Below, in pieces: positions 33,159 through 46,600 of a stretch of DNA of 47,519 bases. The notes beneath the pieces are model-generated. The model ran no database searches. It was not told where the DNA came from and was given only the letters and a program-made list of their open reading frames with translations. Origin of the DNA: Reclinomonas americana ATCC 50394. Lineage: Eukaryota. Location: contig PS015083.1 in NCBI GenBank assembly GCA_048213135.1, positions 89,116-136,634 of the forward strand, given 5' to 3'. The translations under genes and the position numbers were made by a program. Position 1 is the first letter of the stretch. Every line of letters starts with the position of its first letter.

Positions 33159-34649
33159 TTATATCGCCGCCGCCGCCACGGCGTTGGCCGGCAGCGTCTC
33201 CAGATGATGCGCCCATGCATCGCGCAAAAATGCCTCCATCTTTTGTGGCACTTGGTCGACCTCCTTGTAGCCGGGCAACGCGTTGATGTCGATCACAAAT
33301 GCCGTGCCTGTGCCCTTTTCGACAATCACATCAAAGCCAACCAGATCCAGCCCCTGCGGTTAGCAACATATATATGCGTTGAGAAGCCTGGTCGACCACA
33401 CTCGTGCACATTTGCGGTACCGTTCGTCGACGCATCACGCGCGCTGTGTTGCGCACAACGTCCTCGTCGACGCTTGGCGCCGTGACACTGCCGTCTGCGC
33501 CGAGAGTGAGATCGGCAGCGAAGGGTTTCTGACTCTGGAAAGAAATGGGGTCGTGGGGTTGTTCGGCTGCGTCAACGCCCGTGAGCACGACAAGCACAAG
33601 AAAAAAAGAAACACATCGCAGGGGCACACGTCGATCACCTGGTATGTCGTCGAGATTCTTCACCGACGCTCTGCGCGTGATTTCCACCACGTCGCCGATC
33701 ACATAGACCTTGAAAACCACCCCGTCGTGGTCGACAAACTGCTGTGTCAGGAACGGGTAGTCCCATGACTGCAACTCAGTGAACAGCTGCGCCTCGTTGA
33801 ACACAATGGCCATGCGATGTGCGTTCTCCGTCACCGATGCCTCCAGCGCCTTGCACACTGCACTCGTGCAAGTCGTGTGAGAGAGAGGAGAGAAAGGCGA
33901 CGAGTACACACACACACGCACGCACCCACGGGATAGTGAAGCGACAGACCATCGACTTGAAGTCGGTGGCGAGCATGTTGAATGCCCTCAAACATGAAAT
34001 ACTCGGGAACGCGCAAGCGATCGTTCCCTGCACACACTCAACGTGAGGAGACGCAGAGGGCTTTCTCCCACATGCATACGCACTCGCTCACCGATCTCGT
34101 CGCAAATCGCCTGCAACTCAGCGTACAGAGTCTCTCGGCGAAGAGTGAGCTGCACCCCAGCGAAGCGATTGACGACAAGCAGTCGTGGATGACGAGCGAC
34201 GTACGCCTGAAACCACTCGATGAGCCCATAGTAGGAGAGAGAGAGAGGGCGGGTGGGCGACGCACTTCAATCGTGGCCACACGACGCTTGGCCTCGTCCA
34301 CCCCGAGCGACGACATGACCAGGTCGTCGTTGATTTTGTGAATGAGAATGTCGACCGACGGCAACTGCTCCACCGGCAACGACAAGTCCAACATGTGACA
34401 CGCCATCCCGCGCGCAACACTGCCACACGCACGCACGCACACACATACACGTGAGACTGCTTGCACAATGCACTCTCTCTCTTCCCGCGCACTCATGTTC
34501 ACTCAACACATGATCAATCAGAGGCTCAAACAGACGCTGCGACTTGCGCGGTGGCCTGCAGACAGTGTGAGTGAGGAGTGTGCACAGAGTCGGTAAACGT
34601 GCATCACGCACCCAAACATGCCGAGGCGGAGCACAGCTTCGTGCGACAT
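33159..34649 (-). CDS. ITPK1: Inositol-tetrakisphosphate 1-kinase / Ins(1,3,4)P3 5/6-kinase (ATP-grasp)
   Basis: VDILIHKIND, YPV|VCKALEA..AHRMAIVF, QQFVDHDGVVFKVYVIGD..RRASVKN, GLDLVGFDVIV..VIDINALPGY. Confidence 0.93.
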
Positions 34650-34727
34650 TCTGTAAAATGAATGGTCGTGTCCTGCATGAAGTCGCGCTCCTTCCACTCC
34701 CTCCCTCTCTTCCTCTCCGCACGCACA

Positions 34728-36036
34728 ATGCTGCAGTCACTGGCCAAGCTGGAGAGCTTTCTGTCGCCAAGTCGACTGGAGCGACTACGGCATGCTGCGT
34801 GCGATGTGAGCGCACGTGAGTGTTGAATGGTCGCTGACTGCGCTTGCAGGCCTTTTCGCAGCGTTGCGGGACGGTGGAGGTGGTGCTGGAGGCGTTGCAG
34901 AACGATCAGAATGTCGCTGCGTGGTACGTGCATCAATGCCCACGGTCGCGACAACACCGCCTCATCTCATGCATGCGTGCCAGTCTGCGTACGTGCGACG
35001 GCATCGGTGTGCATCGCGTGACGCTGGTGACACCGACAAGTCGCTTCGCCCGCATCGCCAGTGCCGTGAGCATGGGCAGTTACAAGGTCTCCTGTCTTTC
35101 TTGTCACGATCGGCGAGTCCCACAGCTTGCTAAAACATCGTGGCGGCGCAGTGGCTCGACGTGCATCGCGTGGCCACGACCGAGGAGGCGATCGCCGATC
35201 TGCAAGCACGCGGTGTGACACTGTTCACGACGGCGTTGTCGGCGACCAGCGTGGTATGCGATGCACTGCTTGAGCGAGCAGGCACAGCGCGCGACTCACT
35301 CTGTGTCTGTCAGCCCATACACCAAGTTGATTTCAGCGCCGTTCCGCGTGTGGCGATTGCGTGTTGCGTGCACATCAAGTCGCCACTGTGAATGCTCAAC
35401 AACGACGTTGACCATTGTCGTCGCCGCGCAGTTGGTACCGAAAACTCTGGCGTGTCGGATACACTGCGGCAGGCGGCCGCCCGAGACATCATTCTGCCGA
35501 TGCGCGGCATGGTGCAGTCGTACAACGTGTCGGCATCTTGTGCGTGCACAGCTCTTGCCTGTGGGGAGCGCTGATGCTTTGCCGAGCTCACTCTTGCACT
35601 CGCTGCACAGGCGCCATGGCTCTCATGGTTCACGCACAAATTGTCTGTGACCCCTCCGCAATCTTCTCACTGTCCCTTCCCCTTCCGTTTTCCGCAGTAT
35701 CTCGACAGTGTGGGCAGGTTGCACTTCGATCCGATCGCTGTGCAGTGGAGAGTGGCGGTTGGGCGTCTTTACTCACGCTCTCTGTCACAGAATACGGCCG
35801 GATCTCGCAAGTGCGCTCTCCGATCCCGAACTGCAAGCCCATTGGAGACGCTGGGTGGAGAGGGCGTGTTAGATGGTGCGGCGGCGTACAACAAATGGCT
35901 GCATAATGCAGGGTTGTGTGTACATTTTTCTTCTCTTCCAACCGGCGAGGCCCTCACTCATTGTAGCCCGGAACCAGGTACTGTGGCAGTTCGCGCACAC
36001 TGGCCACCAAAAAGTCCATCAGATCCTGCTGGATGA
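34728..36036 (+). CDS. trmH: SpoU/TrmH-family RNA 2'-O-methyltransferase (TrmH-like)
   Basis: VVLEALQNDQNVAA|CLRTCDGIG (motif 1), VSMGSYK|WL, IA|FGTENSGVS (motif 2), ILPMRGMVQSYNVSAS (motif 3). The 3' end is less certain. Confidence 0.85.
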
Positions 36037-37766
36037 GCAGCGACGTCTCTTTGCTGATGGAGCTCACGAGCTCTTGCTTTTGTGCCGGGGTTAGCTGCAG
36101 GGGGCGATAGACGAAGCAGGTCAGAATGAGCACAAAAGAGCCGCGTTCCACAAGGTGTCGACAGACCTCGGTGGACTGAGCACCAATCAGCCGCTCTGCA
36201 CGTTTCCTCAAGTGCTGAATGTCGGGCTGTGTGGAGACATGCGCCTCCATCCGAGCTCGGAATTCGGGGAACCGATCGTGATACAGGGCGTACGCCCAGT
36301 CTTGTCGGAAGAAGCTGCACGAGGCACAAAAACCCATGTCAGCAGCGAAGCATACCGAGGGAACATTCTCCCTCCAGCACAGCACGCAACGAGATAAAGT
36401 CGTCAATGACACCCTCGTCGAACTGGTCACACAGGTTGTTGATGTACTTTTCGGGGAGGCCCACCAGCGCCTGCAGGTTCCACACCTCGACCATGTCGCG
36501 ACCAAAGTACGTGATGCCTTCCACGCGACCGGCTTGCGACGTGTACACTGCGCAGTAGCGACGCGAGGCCGAGTCCGCGCCCGTACATCGCTTCTTGCAG
36601 CTAATGGATCCGTGAAGCAAGCCGAGCGAGCCCATGTGGAACAGAATGTGTCCGCCTGCACAACGAGAGTGAGAGAGGTCGACTCGGAGTGACAACCAGA
36701 CACACATGCAACACTCCACCACCAACCAGGCAGTTTGCAGTACAGCGACTTGGGCTTGGTGAACACGGGAATGCTGGAGAACGCAGACCGCTGCCGCTCG
36801 TCTTCCTCCTCAATGACGGCATCGGGGTCGAAGATCGGCAGCAGCACCCGCGCCAACTGCCAGAAGAATTCATCAGCAAGCGGGACGAACAACGCAAAGG
36901 GGCGCGACTGCGCACCTTTTGCCCCACTTCTCGCGCATTGTAGAGCTCGAGGAACTGCGATGGACCGTACTGGCGGGAGAATCGTACCAACGGACCAGAG
37001 GCAAAGCTGCGTGCCAAAGGAAAACACACACCAGGTCACTCACGCAGCACAGCACACAGCGACAACAAGCAGAGCACCACAAACATTGTGGGATCGGCGG
37101 TCTTGAACTCCGGATCCACGACGAGACGACCGTCAAACACAATCGAGCTCTGCGTGGCTGCGCGCAGAATATCTTGGTCTCTGTGGCCGGACGCGTGTAA
37201 GAACACNNNNNNNNNNNNNNNNNNNNGCGCGTAAAAAAATTGTGTTGCGACACAAGCTACGATACTCACACATCCTTCGTGTCGCACTGGAGGAATGCAG
37301 AGCAAGCGATGCTGATCTTGGGGAGCGTGGCTGCCGCATTCTCAGCGTCTGGCTCCACCCAGCGGTGCTCCGTTTGCAAAATGTCCTCCTGCGTTGCGCG
37401 ACAATGGTGAGAATGTACGAGCGCACAAGCGCATCACGTGACAAGGAGACATACCTGGAAAATGACGGCGTTCACCTCGCCATGTTCGTTGGCCTCAAAG
37501 TCACGCAGCGAGTGATTCCTGATGACTGCCACACCCATTTCCTCCAGTGCCGCAAAGAACTGCACCGAGCGCGTCAGCAACAAGAAAAAATAGAGCAGAA
37601 GGGTGAGACATACCTTGTTCTCCACGTTCGGGTCGAACATGAGCGAGCCTTCGGCAAACGGAGGAATCACCAGCACCAGCTTGTCGGGTGGGACGCCGCA
37701 CTGAATGACGGCTGCAACGTGCACGAGTCAGCGTTCACTTGCCCGACACGCACAACAAACTACCTC

Positions 37767-37823
<57 letters not shown>

Positions 37824-40800
37824 AGACGAACACAGTCGCCTACGAAGGGTNNNNNNNNNNNNNNNNNNNNNNNNNNNNNNNNNNNNNNNNNNNNNNNNNN
37901 NNNNNNNNNNNNNNNNNNNNNNNNNNNNNNNNNNNNNNNNNNNNNNNNNNNNNNNNNNNNNNNNNNNNNNNNNNNNNNNNNNNNNNNNNNNNNNNNNNNN
38001 NNNNNNNNNNNNNNNNNNNNNNNNNNNNNNNNNNNNNNNNNNNNNNNNNNNNNNNNNNNNNNNNNNNNNNNNNNNNNNNNNNNNNNNNNNNNNNNNNNNN
38101 NNNNNNNNNNNNNNNNNNNNNNNNNNNNNNNNNNNNNNNNNNNNNNNNNNNNNNNNNNNNNNNNNNNNNNNNNNNNNNNNNNNNNNNNNNNNNNNNNNNN
38201 NNNNNNNNNNNNNNNNNNNNNNNNNNNNNNNNNNNNNNNNNNNNNNNNNNNNNNNNNNNNNNNNNNNNNNNNNNNNNNNNNNNNNNNNNNNNNNNNNNNN
38301 NNNNNNNNNNNNNNNNNNNNNNNNNNNNNNNNNNNNNNCGACGGCCACTCCTCCTTGATAAAGTGCCGCAGATTGCGGATTTGGGAGCCACGCACCAAGT
38401 TGTACAGGCCACTATCCTGCGCGGTGAACAACACAATCCCCCGGTCATGTGTTGAGAAGGCAGGAACTATGCAGCTCAATGGAGAAAGAGCAGTGACGAA
38501 CCGGCAGCCCCTCGATTGTGCGCAAAAAGGTGGGACTGAAGGTGAATTGCAGGCCGGTGGCCATCACCAGGTAGTCGTACGCAATGGAGCCGCCGCGCTG
38601 CAGGATGACGCGCTTTTTGTCACGGTCGAGCTTCTGCATCTTGTCCTTGACCACCAGCATCTTGGAGCCGTCGTGGAAAATGGTGTACCTAACAAGCGCG
38701 TTGTCGATCGATCAGCGCGTGTCATCCAGTCGCACAAGCCGCTGGTACGCAACTCTTGCATGAGGAACGGATAGCTGCTCGGGAAGAAGCTCTCCTCCGT
38801 CAGCGTCGGATACGGTGGCAGCCCTTCGGGTGACAGCAGCGTCACGCCAGTGAATGCCGAATCGGCAATCTGCAGGCAGCAGCAACGACGACAATATACC
38901 CATGAGCATGAGCAGCGAATCACTTGAAGACAAGCCGCACATTCCACAATCGACAAACCATGAGCAGTGTGTGGATAAACGCCAGTGCAGTGTCAGAGGC
39001 ACCCACGACAACGATGCGAGCGTGCACCGCCACCTGAGCGGGGGAAGTGAGCCACAAAGACGCGTGCACGCACACATGCACTCCCTCCGGGCACACACAC
39101 CTTTTCCTCACTCAGCAGACGCTTGTTCACACAGTAGCCGACACTATTCGACGAATTCGTATCGACAAAGTCCGTCACCTCCGGGTCCAGCACAAGAGTT
39201 CTGTGAACGGCGTTTTTTGTGCCAAAACATGAGAAAGTGGAGGTCAATGCACAAGCAGGCAGCGGAGCACGAAACTGACGACGCGGGGACAAAGCAATGA
39301 GCTCCTGCGACATGTGCAACACACGGGTGCCGACTTGCCACTCGTAGTACAGCAGAGTCTTGTTGAGCACACGCAAAATCTCCTGCTCGACAATGAGAGA
39401 GTGAGCACGAGAGAGTGACAGAAAGATTACGCAGCGCTGCTCCTCGTACCTTCAGAATGAAGCGCGTCTTGAAGTGATACACAGGGTTCACGGTGAGCAG
39501 TGGGACCACACACAGCTCGCGGTCCGAGTACAGAGATGTGTCCATGTACTTGGCGGTGTCGTATCGAGCTTCCCAGTCGTACGCTTTCGTGTCGACGTTG
39601 GCCACACACGCACCGACCACCACACCTTGACAGAGCACAATCAGACACTCGTGGGACGCCGACGGGCGCGCAATGGTCGACTGGAACATTGAAATGTTTT
39701 CGGCCGACTCCTGCGACGACGACGATACCGTGAGTACAACGCAGCAAGCAGGGCGATACGTCAACACAAAAGACGACGCACATGCACTTTCTCGTAGAAA
39801 GCGCTCATGAGAGCGGCATCCGCGGAGGTGGCTCGCCGCACACTAATCGGGCGCGCAAGTGCGTAGCGGTGGTGCACGAATAGCGCGCTGCCGTACAGGC
39901 TGCCAGGGTACGCCACGGCGCGGTTGAACTGCTTGAGGAACGGGAACTCGGGCGTCGTGTACGGCACCGTCAACAGCAGGAAGTTGCACGTAGGGAACAA
40001 GTCGTAGGCGGCCGGCAGGAAATCGACAGCACGCGACTCGAAGCCCTCGCGCATGCAAAACAGCGAGATGCGGAAAATGTTGTCACGACCGACGGCGGTT
40101 TCATCGTGCTGCCGCGCCGCCGGCGCTCGCAGGAAATTGTCGTACACCGACAGGTCAAACGACTGCACCAGATTGGCCAAATCGTCGACGACACACGTCA
40201 CCGCCAAGATGCCGACAAACTCGCCATCGCGCTGCGCCACTAATACAAAGTGTTCGTCGTCCTGGCTCTCCAACAACGACGCCAGGTAGAGATTGTCGTG
40301 TCGCGGTCCCACCACCGGCAAATCCTGGTTGAGCAACGGCAACAAATCGTCGTAGTCCTCCACGTAGCCTCGGCGCAGCGTCAGCTTCGGCACAAGCCTC
40401 TCGCGATTGCAGCGGTACACCACACAGCGACGCGCATCGGCGCCCTCACCCAGCTGCAGTTGCGTCAACTGCGTGCGACGGAGTAGAAAAGGAGGAGGAG
40501 GAGAGAGAGAATGAGTTCATCTTTGTCTCAGAGCGCAACGCCCCATCCACACCCCTCGTACCTCCTCAAAGTATCTGGCCTGCAGGCCCTGGAATGGCGG
40601 CGCGTCGTACACGGACATGATCAGCAGATCGTCGACCAGCGGCAACGTCTCAAACACCGACGACAGCACAGTCTGCGTGACTGCATTGCGCCACTCGGGC
40701 TCCGCCACCAGGAACGTCAGCCACAGCACCGACTCCGCCTGCGAACCCAGCGTGAGCGCACGCGCGCACACCACAACGCGTCTGCAGCACATCATCACAA

Positions 40801-41271
40801 CGCAACATCAAACTCAAAGTCTCGGCACTGCTGTCGCAGTTTGGCCTCCCACGACACCGAGTCCACTCCACCCGAGTTGACATGCAGCTGCGGGTAGTCG
40901 TTCAAGCATGCCGCGCCCACCACTCGGCCGTCCTCATTCAACGCCGCCACTCCCATGAACGAGTGCTCACTACACACACGACAGATCAGTCACAAGATGA
41001 GCACAGTCAATCCATTTCCCCCACGCAACATGAGCTGGCCCATGTCTCTGACAAAGCCGAAGCGTGGCACAAACGCAAAGTCGGACTCGGCCAACAGCGC
41101 CACCGCATCGGCGTCGGCCAGCGCCGCACGACGCACAATCACCTCGCCCTCGACAGCAAACGCTTCATACGAGTCGATGCCGCCACCGCCTCCATCCGCG
41201 CTGTCGTCGAATCCACTGTCACCGGCCAGCTCACGCGCAGCCACTTCCTCGGCCGACAGAAACTCAGCCAT
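35954..41271 (-). CDS. CFAP61: Cilia- and flagella-associated protein 61
   Basis: GAACLNDYP; RERLVPKLTLRRGYVEDYDDLLPLL; NIFRISLFCM..FESRAVDFLPAAYDLFP; NPVYHFKTRFILK; HARIVVVGASDTALAFI; YDYLVMATGLQ; VFDGRLVVDPEFKTADP; SFFRQDWAYALYHDRF. Confidence 0.95.
37771..37821 (+). repeat. (CA)n microsatellite in a CFAP61 intron
   Basis: Perfect CA run next to an assembly gap. Confidence 0.97.
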
Positions 41272-41377
41272 TGTTACGCGCAAAGAAACAACGGAAATGG
41301 ACAGATTGCGCTGCGCGAGCGCGATTGTGCCTAGCTGCTTTTATTTTGCTTCGTATCGTTCTACGTACTTTGCTGGC

Positions 41378-42342
41378 ATGGAGTGGCTGGAACGGGCAGC
41401 GGATCGCGTCCGAGTTGGTGTTCTGTTTGTGGCGCACGAGGCGTTTGGGTTGAAGCCGGAGCAGATTCCGCGCGGTGTGGAGACGGGCGTGTTGCTGCTG
41501 GCGGGAGCGGGATTGGCGCTGGGAGGGCGAGCCTTGGTGCAGCGAGTTGCGCACGAGGCACAATCATGATGCGCGCGTTCGGCTGTTGACTGTGGAGTGT
41601 GTGTTTTGATGCAGATGAGGCACTTCCGGACGGTGGCGGATTTGCCGCCGGCGGTGTTTAGCAAGCAGCAGGTGCTGCGGGGCGTGGTGACCAAGGTTCC
41701 TGACGGGGACAACTTTCGCATGGTACACACCCCACCTCTGTGGTGGTTGCGCAGGCGTTTGTCTCCCTCGAAAAGCGGGACTGGTGAGTGTGATTGGTGT
41801 CTCTTTGTGATTGTCTCATCATCACACGCGCGCACCGCAGCCTCCGATTCCACCATGCACGTCCGATTGGCGGGTGTGGATGCCCCCGAGCAAGGTTGGT
41901 TTGGGAAGGAGGCGCAGCCATTCGGCAAAGAGGCGAGGCAGTGGCTTGAAGGTTTGCGACAGGCGACACAATTCTCTCTCTCTCTCTCTCACGCTCCCCT
42001 CACCATGGAAACAGACTACCTGTTGAACAAGAGTGTGCACGTTCAGATCCATGCGCGTGATCAGTATGGGCGGGTGGTGGCATCTGTGTGGACCCGCAAG
42101 GTATCGCGTGAGTCGTCGCAAGTCGCGTCGCGTGACCGCACTGGGCTCACCACCGTCGGGCTGGCACTCTTTGCAGGGTTGGCTGCGGCGTCTAAAAAAC
42201 GTGTCGGAAGAGATGGTGAAAGCTGGCCTTGCGTTCACGTACACGTCGGCAGGAGCTGAGTACGGACCATTTTCGCGAGAGCATTTTGAAAAGTTGGAGA
42301 ACTCGGCACGACAACAGCGTCGGGGAGTATGGGTGCAGAAAA

Positions 42343-42429
<87 letters not shown>

Positions 42430-42565
42430 CTGTGCGCGAGTCATCGGCATCGTGAGTACTCACCACGTGATTGCGTGCGCCCTGCAGGTGGAGCATCCCG
42501 CCGACTACAAGAAACGACTGAAGGAGAGCAGCCCCGCAAGCAGCAAGCGTGCAGAAGGCAGCTAG
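41378..42565 (+). CDS. LCL3: Staphylococcal nuclease (TNase)-like endonuclease, LCL3 type
   Basis: N-terminal hydrophobic helix, then VTKVPDGDNFRMVHTP, TMHVRLAGVDAPE..FGKEAQPFGKEA, RDQYGRVVA, NVSEEMVKAGLAFTY..GAEYG, ARQQRRGVW. Confidence 0.9.
42345..42426 (+). repeat. (GT)n microsatellite starting at the donor site of the last LCL3 intron
   Basis: AAG|gtgtgt..., about 41 units. Confidence 0.97.
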
Positions 42566-43698
42566 CGCAATACATATGTGCGCGGTACTCTGACTGCAGC
42601 ATGAGTGTCGCGGTAGGAGTGAGACGGGGAAGAAGTCGTCCATTTCAACTGCGCGCAGCAATGCCGTGCGCGTGGCAAGACTGAGATCTCAAGGCGTCTT
42701 ATCATTCCCACTGTGCCACGATGCAGTTTCGTGTACGTGTGGGACATAGCAACGCAATGCAGGTGACACGCCTTGAGGTCATGCGTTGCAAGCGGTGCGT
42801 GCGACAGACGTCGCGATCGAGGAAGTACCGCAAAGCAGTCGCTTGTTCATGTTGTTGGTCTGGCCTGGTGAACGACTGGCTGACCATGATCATGATTAAT
42901 ACTCAGAGTCGCAAGCGGTGGGCGATGATGCGTGCGCGGCTTGTACACGTCTGCATGTTCAGAGCCATCATGCTCCACCGCGGTCGCTGCGCTGCGACGT
43001 CGATCCGCGGCCGGGTCCGCTCAAGGCAAGTGCAACAACAACAACAACAACTTTACTAATCCAAACAGCAACACAGCTGCATGATGATCACCATCTTCAT
43101 GATCAGTGAGCACCAGAAACTCAGACATCACGAAAAAAAAGCGAGAAAAAGTCGAGATGGCTAATGCTGGCGTTTCTGCAAGAGAAACCACGGCTCATGA
43201 CAAGCATGGATTTGACGCCGAATTCCACAAAGGAAACGAGAAAGATAGCAAGAGGTGTTGGTATCAGAAGACATATGTAAAACCATTTTTTGTGCATTCC
43301 TATTCTACCTCGGCCGATGCTGTGGTCCATCTCTGGTGTGTACATCGGTGGGTAGGCTACGCATACTAGTTGTTAGAGGGCTTGCCCTTGCGCATGCCTT
43401 CGATCGCGAATTCGACGCGACAAATGCGTTCAAACCAATCGCTGCGCGTGATCGAAATTCGAATTCAATTTTTCGCCAGCTCTCTTCTTTTTGCTTGTGA
43501 TGGATGCCGTGCGGCGATGTTGACAGTTTCGACTATCGCGGTTGTCGTCTTGTTGCCTTAACGTAATTCGCGCGCAGGTGGGAGTACGTGTGTTAACGCG
43601 CGCGCACACGGATTTAATCGACGTCCACTGCGACCGACCAAACCGAATCATTTCCGACCATTTCCGTTTGCCTTGCCACGCAGAGAACACGCAACAAA

Positions 43699-46600
43699 AT
43701 GGTCAAGCACTCACGAAGTGCTCGTGTGCTACACATTCCGCTCGCAGCACTCCTGCTGGTGTGGGTGGTCGCACTTGCGACGCATTTCGCACTCTCAAGT
43801 TGAGTAACGTCATTTCTTCTCACACACACACGCGCACATTTAATCTGGACTCTCTGCACACGCTGTCTTGAGGTGTTCACGTTCGCATATATGTGCTCAC
43901 ACGCACGCACACATGCACTTTGTTGAGTGGGGAGGAGAGGCGGTTCACGCACATCTTTGTGTGTTCCTCGTTTTCCCGCGCACACACACGAGAAAAGAAA
44001 AAACACCCACATACTACTCGCCTGCCTTCACACACTAGCTGAGAATGCACCCTCGTGTTGCGTGGTGCACACACTCGTGTTGCTGCGAAATGCGACGGTT
44101 TCGTGCGTTTCTCACCTTTCCCGCCCAATTTCGTCTACTGCTATCGTCATTCATGCGTGCGTGCTTCTCTTCCTCTTCTGTGCGGGAACCACTACCTGAG
44201 GTGCAGGGGGTATTCTGTTGTGTGTACGTGTGAAAGAGAAAGATGAGAGTGCGTCGCGTGAGTGGAATTTTGAGGAACAACACACACACACAACACACGC
44301 ACACCCGCAGAGGAGAGAAAGAGAGAGAGAGAGAGTGGAGAGAGCGACATCCGCTCAGAGAAAGTTCTCGTGAGACAGAACGAAAAATGCAACTCTCTCC
44401 CTCTNNNNNNNNNNNNNNNNNNNNNNNNNNNNNNNNNNNNNNNNNNNNNNNNNNNNNNNNNNNNNNNNNNNNNNNNNNNNNNNNNNNNNNNNNNNNNNNN
44501 NNNNNNNNNNNNNNNNNNNNNNNNNNNNNNNNNNNNNNNNNNNNNNNNNNNNNNNNNNNNNNNNNNNNNNNNNNNNNNNNNNNNNNNNNNNNNNNNNNNN
44601 NNNNNNNNNNNNNNNNNNNNNNNNNNNNNNNNNNNNNNNNNNNNNNNNNNNNNNNNNNNNNNNNNNNNNNNNNNNNNNNNNNNNNNNNNNNNNNNNNNNN
44701 NNNNNNNNNNNNNNNNNNNNNNNNNNNNNNNNNNNNNNNNNNNNNNNNNNNNNNNNNNNNNNNNNNNNNNNNNNNNNNNNNNNNNNNNNNNNNNNNNNNN
44801 NNNNNNNNNNNNNNNNNNNNNNNNNNNNNNNNNNNNNNNNNNNNNNNNNNNNNNNNNNNNNNNNNNNNNNNNNNNNNNNNNNNNNNNNNNNNNNNNNNNN
44901 NNNNNNNNNNNNNNNNNNNNNNNNNNNNNNNNNNNNNNNNNNNNNNNNNNNNNNNNNNNNNNNNNNNNNNNNNNNNNNNNNNNNNNNNNNNNNNNNNNNN
45001 NNNNNNNNNNNNNNNNNNNNNNNNNNNNNNNNNNNNNNNNNNNNNNNNNNNNNNNNNNNNNNNNNNNNNNNNNNNNNNNNNNNNNNNNNNNNNNNNNTCT
45101 CTCTCTCTCTCTCTCTCACGCTGAATTCTCCTCTTTGCTTCCTCGCAGCAACTCGGATTCAGAGTTCGTACGATCACGTCTTCCGCGGTAACATCCACGC
45201 TGGCGGGCGCAGGCGTCAGTGGAAGCACCGACGCAATGGGAACCTTGGCAAAGTTTGGTACAGGTGTCACTGGAGGATGTCTGGATACGACCAACCAAGT
45301 TTTGTATGTTGCCGATCCTGGTAACAGAACGATTCGCTCGGTACGTTGTGCATGCACATTTCCTTGTTGCGCCATGATTGTCTCACTTCTTCTTTTGTTT
45401 GCAGGTGACGTACGCCGGCAACGTGGTCAGATACTGCGGTGTCCAGGGAACGTCTGGCGTACTTGACGGCAGTTGCACTGTTCCTACTGCCAGGTTCACT
45501 ACACCTTCCGGTATGGCGATTAGGGGGACGACCTTGTACGTTGGTACGTATGAAGTGAACCGCACACTTCGGATCTCATTTGTGAAGTAGACTCAATTCT
45601 CCACACGCGCAGCGGATAAGGGCGCTCACTCCATCCGCGCCATCGACACGACCACTCTCAACGCGACCACGTACGCCGGCTCCACGAGCAGTATATCCGG
45701 GACGACCAACGGCATCGGTACGTTTGCTTAATTGCTTTATGATTCGCCCATCGTGCATTTGACGCACGTGCAACACAGGCACCTTGGCGAGATTCAACGC
45801 CCCGTACAGTATCCTCTACGAGTCGAACCTGGACGCATTTTTCGTCGCTGATGTTGCGTACCGTGATGCCAGTGGTCGTGTTAAGAAGGGCCGGCGTCTG
45901 ACTGTGCACGCAGCAAAACAACGGCGCGATTCGCATGATCCGTGCAAGTGATACTCTCGTGTCCACATTTGCTGGATTACCTGGCACTACCGGCCAGGTA
46001 GACGGCCCCTCAATCGGTACTGGTCGCGTCAACAGTGCGGTGCGATGATAGCATTAGAGTCTGTTGTTCTCTTGCTTCCACCGAGTCGCCCTCACCACCT
46101 GTGTGGCATGCAGACTTTCATGGTGGTTGATTGGGCCAACTCTCGCCTGGTGTTCACCGACCAGAACCAGCACGTTGTCCGCCGAGTGTCATTTGGCGGC
46201 ACGCGAGCAACTGCATCTCCGTCGACATCCACCGGCTCGTCTCCTGTGTCCATCTCGGCTTCCATATCTGGTCTACTCTCGGGCAGGACATACTACTATG
46301 CGCCGGTGGCCACGACATCGACGCCAAGCACGGTGTACGGCTCGGTGCTGTCGTTCGCTGCCGGTACCAACGTCGCACCCACTGCCTTGTCTTGCTCCCC
46401 TCTCGGCTACGTCTCTCCATCGACCGCCAACACCGACATTTGCACCATGTCGCCGACGGATGCAAATTCTGGTCAGACCTACACGTACTCGGTGACTGGC
46501 GGAGCCGACATGGCGTCGTTTACGACGAGTGGCGCGATTCTGCGACTTGTGCCAGCTGGCCTTACCAGCGCTTCATTGGCGGTGTCGGTTACTGTCACTG

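Noticed and set aside
275-42426. Sense-strand bias of intronic (GT)n microsatellites as a splicing signal
   Set aside because: There are counter-examples (CA on the sense strand in SCAI intron 1 and RPL3 intron 4) and too few cases to support a bias.
43121-43345. 74 aa minus-strand ORF with a hydrophobic stretch
   Set aside because: AT-rich with atypical codon usage and no recognisable motif; the hydrophobic part coincides with an intron-like pyrimidine tract.
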